Positions 13,401 to 24,564 of a stretch of DNA of 64,000 nucleotides are shown here, piece after piece. Both the position numbers and the translations under genes were made by a program. How positions within the stretch are numbered: position 1 is the stretch's first letter; every line of letters starts with the position of its first letter. The notes beneath the pieces are model-generated. The model was not told where the DNA came from. It did no database searches and was given only the letters and a program-made list of their open reading frames with translations. The stretch covers positions 1,420,059-1,484,058 of the forward strand of contig JBNJNM010000010.1 of assembly GCA_052426225.1 (NCBI GenBank). Reading direction: 5' to 3'. The DNA comes from Zancudomyces culisetae HAW-14-8. Lineage: Eukaryota > Fungi > Kickxellomycota.

Positions 13401-14030
13401 CGCTTTTGCTGACCTATTTATCCTGAGAGAGTATAGCCGCTTGCTTTTACTGCCACTCATTGACTTTTTAAATTCTTTTTTATAACTTTTTTTTGCCTTA
13501 ACTTTTGATCCCGATCTTGAGCATGACTTGTCTTTTGGTTGGTCTTGCACAAATCTATCATTGTACTGCAAGCCCTGCTCTACGTCCACCAAAAGCCGTT
13601 TTGAGACACCTCCCCTACTCGTTGAACACTGGGTGTCATCGCTTTGAGAATTATCGCTAGGTTGCCCTTCATGAGAATTTTCTCGTTTGTTATTCTGAAA
13701 AAAGGACTTCCTGGTTTTTTTGTCGTGTACCAACCCTAGCTTTTTATAACCAGAGTCCACATATCTACCGAGCGTCTCCCAAGCACTACTTTCGTTACCA
13801 TCTACCAATGTTATACTTTCCCATTTGTATAGCCCTTTGCTTGCAATAGATATCTTTTCGTCATCAAACATATCTACCTTGTATGGCATAATCACATACT
13901 CATTCTCAGTGATATATCCATCTCTTTCCCAGGATGGGACTTCAACTATTTGTGTTTTTTGTGGCTTTGCATTCCTCTTTCCTTCTTTTTTTCCCTTTTT
14001 AAAGTTAAAAATCTTTTTCAGGTTGTTCAT
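10443..14030 (-). CDS. Classical protein tyrosine phosphatase with N-terminal rhodanese-like domain (Ptp2/Ptp3/Pyp1-like)
   Basis: Rhodanese LVIDTR...SHVLNAI...LEGGY. PTP motifs NRYPNVLPYD, DYINAN, YILTQGPL, DFWQMIWEQ, VHCSAGCGRSG and Q-loop VQSLDQF. Confidence 0.92.
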   Translation of the reverse strand: MNNLKKIFNFKKGKKEGKRNAKPQKTQIVEVPSWERDGYITENEYVIMPYKVDMFDDEKISIASKGLYKWESITLVDGNESSAWETLGRYVDSGYKKLGLVHDKKTRKSFFQNNKRENSHEGQPSDNSQSDDTQCSTSRGGVSKRLLVDVEQGLQYNDRFVQDQPKDKSCSRSGSKVKAKKSYKKEFKKSMSGSKSKRLYSLRINRSAKAGKMEVEELEKLVRERLDSLLVIDTRNIQQYTKSHVLNAISLEQLKACDRGARKILGQTVRKGISQLIEEYINAVGGLVEKIVIYDDDNSGSAWKAAAICRDQLRGFTIYTLEGGYKKFYENAKSLCYVLKVNETEAGITIPSWLEERSKEKIGDMGVAATYFDKLTISERARIVKIREGTDKDDCSYSFNSGYMRIGQNRYPNVLPYDSSRVKLHVSSTNKESNDYINANFVGMEDGPQYILTQGPLQSTTPDFWQMIWEQNVNVIVMLGELTENGVEKCYAYWPAAVGVWHRFRTRDSDCVISVRMEAAADDCNCKEIVTRMFRIRASINGRVTGKARVVTQIQYLAWKDNSTPDTPRGLVRTISLANMASTSYQDQGVVSAENDSKTHPIVVHCSAGCGRSGVFAAVDTALLLKKDETPVVQGNYDPLFSIVSTFRKQRMGVVQSLDQFLFCYKAILYNLKSTDDLKYPQLDILNLSTEQKKMVTQWNRLRSNVFPPDSNNLVWIMVGLLEIAMELKILQLNHHAVNNTSRRQGIATVSNSTTASARTDVNIRDFLSMSMDSYLKYFFSHKSSQASKKEDSTIAQRLIHDNETKYNLDHITLLDPPAFKLNGKSKQKLISNPGSAGSTSLNSSGSRVGKYFPSSKALIQPFPSTNNSIKIAILDNSALEATKNTTLELDDKNPVGGLKTHLLGAKAGNNMENITSPSQRMNFKNPSASASPKSKKAPAGLSIIVGSQKIGVDNYQTNPDLISSSVKQSSVTPSYSGVNESKDFDHELSSFVKTDHSRIADEKTAVFDQSTLIPSTNPTKNADTHTHTHVYLPNREIRLSVSSIQLQTKNFTLDENNRSDVLTHSSDDSASFMRFGNVTLDSVYNFPIPPINTLDKSHADLHATTDDLDVGNGVHSNTSRSSIDINSILPVYTPGHDSSNNYKNGVSCSAPPFSSIPNPDINQFSNFDISRNNHYLDPMGTGHTLAFPLLSSTP

Positions 14031-14214
14031 GATAGCTATTTATTAGCAGTAGTATTGTAACAAGCAATATGGTTGTTGTAAGACTGTCGCTGTCTTCTTG
14101 GGGTATATGCTAGTTTATATTGGTGGTAAACTTTTTTTGCTTTTATTTTGTTCACACGCCTTAGCAGGGTATTTGTATATATTTGTGTTTATTTTTGTGT
14201 TTATATACACAGAA

Positions 14215-14330
14215 TGTTAGTGCTAGTGCTAGTGCTAATGTTAGTGTATATATATATGTGTGTGTGTATCTGTATATCCGTATATTTGTATGTATGTGTA
14301 TGTGTATGTGTATGTGTTTATATATCTGTT
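14215..14330. repeat. Imperfect microsatellite tract (GTGCTA, GT, GTATGT units)
   Basis: Visible runs such as gtgctagtgctagtgcta and tgtatgtgtatgtgtatgtg. Confidence 0.75.
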
Positions 14331-16638
14331 TGTGTTTTTTTTTTGATATTTTATTCTAGCGATGCTCGTGTTTGCACGGATTATCTCTGATGCTGCTGAC
14401 AATATTATTATAAAAGCAGGTTTACTTGGCTTCAAAGGGTATAAATCGTAATTGTTCAAAGTTCTCTCACAATTTTTTTTTGTTATTTTCGAAACAGTAT
14501 GTGCCCCTCAATAGCAAAGTATGCCTTATTTAATACAGGTGAGTAGTTGTAAATAATTGATATCTTAGGTTTTTTCTCTTGTATCTAGAATGTTTGCTAA
14601 GATGCAAATGTTTTTTGCATGTGGTATATTAGTACTTATGCTCCGACAAACCAACTTTTTTGCGATAAAACTTTTTTCCATTTTTGCAAATAGAGCCTTT
14701 TTTATACACTTTGTAGGTTGTACCTCCAAAAATCGCTTTTATTTTGCTCTTTCAAGTTCGTAGCTCGTTGTAACGCCGATTTGAAATTCGCTATAGCATC
14801 AAACCGCTTTATTCGCTTTTCTGTTCGTTTAAACCTTGTCACTTGTGGTCAGTTTCACGACTTGGAGGTAATTGGACGAATTTGTGTATTAGCCTGTTTG
14901 GTATAAAATCTATTATGTAATTCTAGCGTTTCTATATATAATACAAGAAATGTTAGCTTGCTGTTTTTACTTTTTTGGCTTTATTGATCAAAACAAAATG
15001 GCAATGCCAGACGCCAGTTGTTTTCTTTATGTAATACCATTGGCTTCTTTTGATAAATCAAATATTTTATCATCGAACTTGGTTTTTAAGATCCTCCCCG
15101 GTTTCTATTTTTACTACACTAACAATAAAGGGTGCAATTACTAGCATAAATAAACATACCAAATCGACATCGAAGGTCACAGTTGTATCAATGACACATG
15201 GTCATTTTGTATCCCTCTTCAGTATGAATGCAGGTTAATCGGTAGCGTCGCACATTCATGAAGTGACAAATCCCCTAAGCCAAATCAACACCTTTACAAA
15301 GAATCAAAATATTCCAAATGGATGGCCCTTTTCTACTAAGCTTTGTAATTGTGATTCAATGTTTGTTTTTCTTTTTTTCAATATACTTTGTATAAACAAA
15401 ACTTTTCGCCCACAAATGAACCTTTAGGCCAATATGCGACAATTTCTTATTTTAGACATATTAGTCTCTAAAGTGTGAAAACATATTAGTTCAGCCAAAA
15501 TCAGTTCTTTGTCCTAAACAAAATTTAAAATTTTTTCTATTTTGTAATTTCTGTGCAATTTAAAGTTTTTCCATAGATTTTTTTTACAACATTTTAGTCC
15601 CAAGTAATACTAATTAAGGATCGTCAATTAAAATGCTTGTTATCAAGAAGAGTAAAATTTAATCAAGTACACAATAACTCTAATTTACATAAACCCTCTA
15701 TGTTTATGTTTACTCGTTAGCAAATAATTGCTAATATATATAATACGTTTTATAACCAGCTCTGGCCTGGCCACTCGTTGCAATTGGACAAAGTTTACTA
15801 GGATTAACATTAATTCACCCAGTATCAAGCTGGAAATCTAGCTCAATAAAAAGCAATAGACAATTAGGCTTTCTTATATAATGAAACCTACTCATCCTCT
15901 TTCTTCCTCCCCAACAAAATAAAAAACGTGAACCAACAAGAAACTGGCAGGTGGTGGATATGTAGATGAATGAAAATACTCATCGAGTGCCAAAAAATAG
16001 GGGGAATACATCAACACACTAGAACTTTCCACCTTCTACCTCCCCCTCCCCCTCGCTTTGGGTTTTTGAAACTAAAAATATGCAAACACGTCAGCATATA
16101 TGGCAATACAGAAGGGGGTCAGCTACACTTATTTCATCAACAAGGCACATTTTTTCTTTGTTTTTAGAACTGTAGTTTCCACTACACCCATTTTACCTTC
16201 CACTTTCTACAAACCAACACATATACAAATTTCAATAACCCTAGATATTTCGGCAACTTCTGACAAACGGAAGTTTGAGCATTTTCGTATATACTTTCCA
16301 GAAAACAAAAGTTCCCTTCTACATTGCTACTAAAGTTGGTTGATAACAACATAAGCAGTTCGCAACATTGTACAGTCATGCATTAATTAGATTGGGAACT
16401 TTGTACTGGGTTAAATGGGTCTGATTTGTAATATAGATGTAGTTGAGCTAGATGGTTGATATGAGGAAGTTGTGACAGCTTAGGCTTGGTTTCACAACTA
16501 AAAATGTGGGAAATACACTGGCTTCAACACAACGATGTCTGACAATTACTAAGCTTTATTCACAAGTTTTTTATACTTTTTATCTCTTTATTTTATTTTT
16601 TCATCCAAAGGTTTAAGGAATAGCAAAAGCTAGTAGAA

Positions 16639-17711
16639 CTACTTCAATAGTTTGAAAACATTGACTTTGTCCAAAACCCAAAATAAGGAATTATACATAC
16701 AATACTTGATAAAGTTATACAGCTCTGTGACTCCGGGAATATATACCCTTCGCAGAAATATCGTGAAAACAGTGAGGCAAAAAAAACCAAACGCAAATAT
16801 TATTACTAGTCTGTCCTTTCTATCCATATTTTCCAGCTCTGTCAACAAGTCCTTGGCATTCTTGAGAAGAAATTCAATGTTTTGATGCTGTTTTTGTCCC
16901 AATCCTAGCAGATGCGAGGACTCAGACAACATGTTGAGGTTGGTGACGCTGTTATCTATCGATTGACTCATTAGTTGTGTAGTCTCTAGCAGTGCTTGAG
17001 TCGCTTCCTGTGCCGCATCCACTACTCCATTGTCGGTTCTATAATTGATTTTATCATATTATCTTTTACCATGTGGTTTGATTTATTCCGCCTTCTTTTC
17101 GTCTGCTAAGCATTGTAAAAAAGAAAAACCTCGAAAAAAATCTTACCTAGCCTTTCTTTTTCTTAGTTCACTTGGTGTAATTGCACCTGACAGCAACATT
17201 TCTCGCTCACGTTGATTTTGTCTGAATTTGTTCACTTTTATCTGTAACTGTGCCTCCTTATATTCTCTGCGCAAGCTAGATTGTAAAATCCACACAGTAC
17301 TGTTAATAAAGCATAAAAACGATATAAAACTTGTATACTAAAATGTATTTTGTACCATATTACCTTTTCAATGCTCGTTTTTTTTCTTCAATAAATTCGT
17401 ATTCATTGCTCGATTTGTCTAGCTTGTTCTCCAGATCCCACTCTAAATTCTATATTAAAACAATCCATTACCCACAAAAAAATTAGAGTATAATGCTAGA
17501 CAAAAATGAAAGAGTATAGCATTAAGCTTTTCCTATCCCTGGGTATACAAGTTACCTCGATGGCTTCTTCAAATGCACTAATCTGCTCCCGACAATCACC
17601 TGACAAATCCCTTTTTTCATCCTCAGTTCCTGCAAATTCGTATAGTTCAGCTACTAGGCTTCGTGCCTGGTTCTCTCGTTCGTTCACTATCCCGTAAATT
17701 TGTGCAGGCAT
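16639..17711 (-). CDS. SEC20: SNARE Sec20/BNIP1-like protein, multi-exon
   Basis: C-terminal SNARE-like coil (ATQALLETTQLMSQSIDNS...LSESS...AKDLLTELENMDRKDR) plus TM (LVIIFAFGFFCLTVFTIFLRR). Middle exon carries REMLLSGA...ELRKRK. Several GT-AG introns. Confidence 0.8.
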
Positions 17712-19323
17712 CCTTAAAGCGAGTTCATTCGTGTTGTATGTTATATTTGGTGTAAAACGAGTTGTTATTTTGCCGTGTGCCAATTAGTTTTTTACCTTTT
17801 TTTTCATTTTGGTTAGTTTCTGAGATTTAAGTGGTGCGCTTTTACCTATAAAATTCGAAAATTAATACCTTGAACTTTTTCAGTACAATTGGACATCGTG
17901 TATTGGGTTCAAAGTATGTGAAATAATAATTCCTCCAATGTGTACATATATGCACACACATAATAGCTCAATTTGGTAGTGGCACCCAAATATCTGGATC
18001 AGGAATTATAAAAGTAGAGATATTAGAGAGATGTAGAGTAACAAACATTTCTGACCACCGTGTTATCATCCCATACTTGCTAAAATGGTAAGAATCACAG
18101 GTTCCTTTATTTGCTTTTTATGTTTAGCAGAAATCTTCTTTTCCTTTTCCTTTTTTCTCCTCTTCTTTTCAAAGATTGATATAAATAATGGTATAAAACC
18201 CTTTTTATACAAAATGCCGATTAGTTTCACTTTTATTTTTACCTTCATAACTTTTTGAATTGTGTAGCAAAAGTCAAGATCCTGAAATGATTATAATGAT
18301 ATTACTGAACGATGTACATAGCTTTTTAGTTGTACAATAATACTGCTCCAGGAACTATGGAACAGATACTCAAATCTCAAGAGAATTCATTTAATCTTAT
18401 CCCTTTTTTTTTGTTGGATGAACTTATTAACTAAATACTACAGAATCACTCTACCCTCGTGTCTACTTTGACTATTTAGCTCTCTATTGATGTACTCTGT
18501 ACGTATAATACTTGAAGATAACATAAAAGAGTGAGGCTCTCTTTTTCACGGGTTGCCCAACTCCAATAAATATCTGAGGATCAAAGAAAGGATGTTTAAT
18601 TGCTACGAGAACGTGTTGTTAGCAGTGTGATCGAATTGGCTTGTTTTATCTGACTGCTTTCTTTTTCGTGAGTACGTTGGTCAACCAGTTGTTATCTTTT
18701 CTTGACAATAAACACGAAAAACAGGATGAATGACTTATCCTATGTAAACCACCAAAATAATATATTGGATACAGACTATTCTGGTTTTTAATCTATCACC
18801 CAACCAATCCTAAACGTGAAGAAAGTGTGAAAATGTATTGGCTTTGGTAGTTGGATGGTTTTGGTAACATCAACATTGAAAGTACATAAATTCCTGCAAA
18901 ATCCAAAACGAACATTTTTACCCACATTCGCTTTTTTTTTACCTGCAAGATTGGGGACTTTTCCTTGAACCATCCCACTAATGTAAACCGCTTATTTGTT
19001 AAAGCGTATCTCCTTCCAGAAATTTGGTTAATCACAGATCCAATTTGTCTGCGCTTTGTTGGGCAGGATTATGTACAGTAGCTGCATGAAACATTTCCAT
19101 TCGAAAAAAATTTTTGTGTTGATTTTAAATTGGTCCATACACTTCAACCAGCAACAATTGTGCAAATCTGTGTATTTGTAAGATCCCATTTATTCGTATA
19201 GTCCAAAAGAAAACAAAAAGAAAAAGTGGTTAAAAGCCTTTAAATCGAATATCGAATATCGAATATCGGATATCGTTAATCTTTTAACTTTACTTTCAGG
19301 AGTTTACAACCAAACAAGCACAA

Positions 19324-20642
19324 ATGTTCAGACTAGCCTTTCTTGAGTAAGTAAAAAATTACAGCCTATAAGGTCTCTAAAACGACACTAGAACATTCGA
19401 TTACTACAATCACTAGATCAGAGGGATTCACAAATTTCTTCCTGGCGGTAGGAATTTTCGTATCCTCCTACTATATTTTCAGAGTATTTTTCATGTTTGT
19501 GGACTTGTTTATAAGTCCAAGCAAAAAGGTAAAGAAATAAAATCCAAAATAGTAATTAACATCCTTAAAGACGTATTACAGATGGTTATTGGTGGGGAGA
19601 AAGATCAGCTGAAAGAATCACGAATTAATTTAACTTTGCGAAATTTCTTTATAGCTTTCAGCCTTAGGTGCAGGAAAAGGAGCCTGGGCAAGTAAGTAGC
19701 CTTTTTTTGTAGTATGAATAGACCTGTTTTTTTATTTTAAAAAAATACAACAACCGTGTATCCTTGACACAAACATAACAACAACAACAACAACATTTAT
19801 ATTTAAACTAAATAGTTGTCACTGGATCTACAGACGGAATTGGTAAAGGTTTTGCAGAGGAATTGGCAAGAAACAAAGTGAATTTGGTCTTGATATCCAG
19901 ATCACAAGATAAATTGGATGCCGTGGCAAAAGAAATTAAGAATGAAAGCAAGGTCCAAGTAAAGACCATCAGAGTCGACTTTGCAAACGCAACCAAGGAA
20001 GATTACGAAAGGGTCAAAAGAGAAATCCAGCCATTGAATGTTACCATGTTGTTCAACAACGCAGGAGTAAGCCACGAGTACCCCAAGGAGTTCGAAATCG
20101 AAGATGATGAACGTAACCGACAAATTTTGGAGGTCAATGTAAACGCTCTCACCAAAATGTCCAGACTCGTCGCCGAGAAATTTAAGGCTCAGAAGAACGG
20201 ATTGATCGTCAACACAGGTTCATTCAGTGCTTTGGTACCTTCACCATTTTTGGCATTCTACAGTGGATCCAAATCGTTTGTCCAGGCATACAGTCAGGCT
20301 ATTGGTGCCGAATTGGAGCCATTTAATGTGTCTGTTATTTATCTAAACACATACTTTGTCTGCTCCAAGTTGTCAAAGGTCAGAAAGAGCAACTTCTTCA
20401 CCCCAACACCAGAACAATACGCTAAACAGGTTCTTTACAGACTCGGAAGTCACTGTGGTTCAGTCCAACCATTTGTCAGTGTTCCTCACGTCGGACATGC
20501 CATAGCCAACTTTGCCATTGAAAATATTCTTAACAGAAGGTTCTGGATCAGTTATTCTTACAGAACTCATACTGATATCAAGAGAAGAGCTTTGGCCAAA
20601 CAAAAGAGGTTGGCTGATGAGGCTTCTAAAAAATCCAAATAA
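19324..20642 (+). CDS. IFA38: Very-long-chain 3-oxoacyl-CoA reductase (KAR/Ifa38/17beta-HSD12 type SDR), 4 exons
   Basis: Spliced N-terminus gives GAWA-IVTGSTDGIGKGFAEELA, then NNAGVSH, YSGSK catalytic motif and YFVCSKLSKVRK. Three short 5' exons with GTAAGT/GTAAAG donors. Confidence 0.88.
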
Positions 20643-21008
20643 CTCATTTTTGTCACTCAATAACTTTAGTTTTCCACCATTTTCTCATTTCTGATATATA
20701 GGATGTTTTTTCCAAATTGAAATAAATGCGGATATAGGTGGGATAAACGAGTTGACAACACCAGTCTTAGGCTTCCGTTTTCTTTGTTTATTTTCATGAT
20801 ATTGCAAGCTGAAGAAGGATGCTTTTGTATGTTTATGAAAGTTTCAATACATTTAAGTTTAACCGGGTTATGGAGTGTAAAGTAAAAAAAAAAGAGGGGA
20901 AGATAAATGTATGGAACGTTGATATGGAATGGAGGCTAATTAAAAACTAAATATCCTTTCCAATGTGATAAAGTTAAATCCATGTAAATATAGAATAGAA
21001 TCAGCTGC

Positions 21009-21754
21009 TTATTTGGTGTAGATCATTCGGAGCTTGTCTGGATTGTATACAAAGTTCTGCTTGTAAGTTTTTACTTTGAATTTGGGTGAAGTTGGTTGTT
21101 TAACGCTATATTCTAAACCGTGTCTGGTCGCATAGTCAATAGCCTGTTGCAGAGTAAAGAATCTTAATTTTACAGCCTGCATATTATCGCTGGTACCTTG
21201 CCATCCAATCAACTGATTCTCCCAACGGTGACCCTTTGCTAGAGTGGAAAAATCAATGGTCCAATATTTGGTGTTGTTTTTGCCGCTTTGCATTGTGTTG
21301 TAGCATGGCTGGTAAATATATACGGAGTTTTTGATTGCCTTTTCTATTGAGAGTGCATAGTTTGATTTATGAAATATGGAATTTGGCGGATAATAGTATT
21401 TCTAGATTGAAGGAAAAAAAATAACTCGGATTCTAAATCCAGATTTTATAAATTCAAAAAAATAAACTAGGCTAAATTTGCATTTTATGTTGTGTTCCTT
21501 GATTAGTTATCGGGGGATAAACACACACATATATATGCATATATATGTATGTATATGTATAAATTGTTATTGGACATACCTGGAATTCCGTTAATCACAT
21601 CGTGTTCGGCTTCGTTGAGTTCGGAGTATTGGCTAGAGTAGACTGGTTTGATTCCGGTACTTACGACCTTTGCGGTTTCGGCAACAGCTCCTTTGGTGCT
21701 GTAAACTCTAGAAAACCCCTGGCTCAAGACTCGTAGTGATCTTTTCGAAAACAT
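21009..21754 (-). CDS. NDUFS4: Complex I accessory subunit NDUFS4 (18 kDa/AQDQ), 2 exons
   Basis: Mitochondrial-type presequence MFSKRSLRVLSQGFSR; MQSGKNNTKYW, RWENQLIGWQGTSD, F...AIDYA...G...Y.V and YKQNF motifs. Confidence 0.9.
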
Positions 21755-22910
21755 TATTATTATTATTATTACTTTTTGGAATTGCGAGTAAAACACTAAA
21801 GGTTTTATAGTCAGAAAAAAAAAAGAGTACTAGGATTTCAAATTATATTTTTATTATTCCCTTTTAATAAAATCTAACATAAAAATAAAAAATAAAGACA
21901 TAAAAAAATAAAAATGAGATTGAAAAACTCCCCCAGAGTGGTTACTTGGTACAAATTTCAAAATCAGTTTTCTTTTACCACCCTCCTCCCCACTCCTATC
22001 ATCCCCCCCCACCAAACTACCAGTGTTTTGTCACAAAATTTTTTTTTCTGTTTTGCTAGTTGAATTTATTGATAAATTCAAATGCGTTTTATTGATAACA
22101 AATATTCCGCCTCGCAAATAGTTTTAATCTAATATTGCTAAAAATACAAAAGCACAAAAAACAATAAAAACACTCATAAATTCAAGGTTTGTACTTGGTG
22201 GTAGTATATGTGCCTCAGACGTATGTAGCACAAACTAATCACACAAAGTCCATAGTAGAATACTCGACACTTTGGTGTAATGAGAACGGGGTGGTAATAA
22301 AGAGGGACTAGATATACTTGTATATCTTTTCATAACTGTAGTAGACCCTCCTCTTGTTCTTCTTCCTTCTCACCTCACCTCTCCCCTTACTATCCCCCCT
22401 TACTATCCTCCCTCTCTATTCTCCTCTTCACCCCCACTCTTTTTTTTTCCATTGACTTTTTTATTCCGCTATTGTAAGTATTGTATAGCAAAATGGACAA
22501 TTCATTTCCGTATTTTCCCTTTAAAATTATGTCAAGTTTTCCAAATTCAAAATAAAATAAAAAATGAATGAGTCGCAAATGAAACTAGCCCACTTGCCAC
22601 TTGTAACGTTTTTATTTCCATTTGTTCAACCATTAATAATTTTGCAGGGGGGCGGGTGGGGGAAGGGAGGCGAGCGGAGGGAGAGGAAAACAATTACATT
22701 GAAAGCAACAAACATAAAGTAACAAAACTAAAACTAAAACTAAAACTAAAAATGTAAAATGTAAATATAATTAAAGAAAATATAAACGTGTTCTTTAAAA
22801 GCATATTATTACATTATAAAAATTCAAATTCAATAATAATAAAAAAAGAAAGACTTAATAATCGTAAACAAAACTTGTAAACTAGTTTATTAAAATAGTT
22901 GTTTTGCATT

Positions 22911-23779
22911 ATGGATAATCAGGACGCTATAGAATTCACGGTTGGCAAAATTGATGCCGGAATGGTAATTACATGGATAATAATAAGATTTATGAATAAT
23001 TTACAATACTACTTGTTCTTTACGGCGTAAAAGCAGTACAAGTATTGGTAAACTTTTTTTTTAATAAAGAAAACAGAGTAGCAAAGAGAGAGTATTAAAA
23101 GTTATATTATATGTATGTAAATGAAATAGGCCGTACTATTGACACAGGATAACCAGGTCATTGAATTTCCATCCGTTCTATTACCAGAACAAGTGGTTTC
23201 TGGCAGTATTGTAAAAATCCAGGTAGAACGAGATGAAGTTACTGAGGTACGAAAAAAGAAGGAGTTTTCAGACCTGCAATCGTTTATACAGACCAAGTAC
23301 GGACTCCGCGAGCCATCACCGCCAGTGCTGAAAATATCCTCGGTGACACAAACGTCGGTGGTGTTGGAATTTGATCCACTTGTACTTAATAACTGTGATT
23401 ACTATGGGGCAGAAATCATACGTGACAACCAAAAGCTTAATGTAACAATAGCTTCAGAAGGGATTTTTAGTGATAGTAGGGGTACAGAGGGTGAGGCTAC
23501 CACAAAAACAACAACAGCAGCAGCAGCAGTGACAGGGGAAGCGGTAGAAATAAATGAAGCGAGCCAAAAACTCAACAGACAAAAAGTGGATGATAATCTG
23601 CGAAAAATCAAGATTAGTGGACTGATAGTTCACCACAAGTACGAATTTTATATGCGGATCCATACGTCGAATGGGATTTATGAGTCGAACAGGCTGGATG
23701 TAGAAACACACAAGCTTGATGATCTGACGGGGATTTATGTATGTTTTGGGAGGTTTACAGATTCAAGCAATGTTGGAGC

Positions 23780-23812
<33 letters not shown>

Positions 23813-24140
23813 GGTGGAAGAAACCAATGATGAAGACGAGGATATACAAGGAGAGCGAAGAGATGAAGATAAAGAGAAAGACACGGAGGCAGATGTGGAG
23901 GTAGAGGTGGAGGACGAATCACAAACACTAAAGGAACTGATCCAAGTTGTTGAACGGATTGGTGCAAAGTGGACCAATAAGGTGACGGTTGACGTGACAC
24001 ATTTTGTGTGTCAAGTTCCAGTTGGACCTGAGTATGAAAAGGCGTTGGGACTGAATATTCCGGTGGTAAAACCTGAATGGCTAACAGCATCTGAACAGGA
24101 CAAGAAGCTACAACCAGCGTTGAGTTATTACTTGTCATGA
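22911..24140 (+). CDS. CHS5: Exomer component Chs5 (Chs5_N, FN3, BRCT), 2 exons
   Basis: Exon 1 MDNQDAIEFTVGKIDAGM splices to AVLLTQDNQVIEFPSVLLP...GSIV. FN3 VTQTSVVLEF; THKLDDLTGIYVCFG; BRCT VTHFVC...IPVVKPEWL. Confidence 0.92.
23780..23812 (+). repeat. (CAA)n microsatellite encoding poly-Gln in CHS5
   Basis: caacaacaa run in frame. Confidence 0.85.
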
Positions 24141-24442
24141 TATGTTTAATTGTGTGGGAAGGAGGAGAGAGAGAAAAAGAAAGAGAAAGAGAAAGAGAGA
24201 GAGAGAATGAAAGTAAAGCGGTTGTGATAACAGGGGGGAGTGGTGGGGGGATAAATACTTGGGGACATCTCTTTATTTATTATAATTTTGCTATTATAGC
24301 TATTCATTTTGGTAATTTTACAATAACAGTTATATACAAATATATTTGATGCATGGAGACACAAGATATAAAAGATGATGAAGAAAGAAAAAAGAGAAGT
24401 AATAATACAACAATGAGGTATATTATGCCTAAGAAACCAGTT

Positions 24443-24530
24443 TTAAGGTTCTATAATTTTGGAAAATTTGTAGAGCTTTGTTTCTAAATCAAAGTTTGAA
24501 GCAGAAACAGAGCCAGAGCCAGAACCGGAT

Positions 24531-24564
<34 letters not shown>

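Noticed and set aside
18430-18510. Possible selenoprotein exon with in-frame TGA (…YLALY*CT)
   Set aside because: No recognisable selenoprotein family, no identifiable SECIS and no extended frame.
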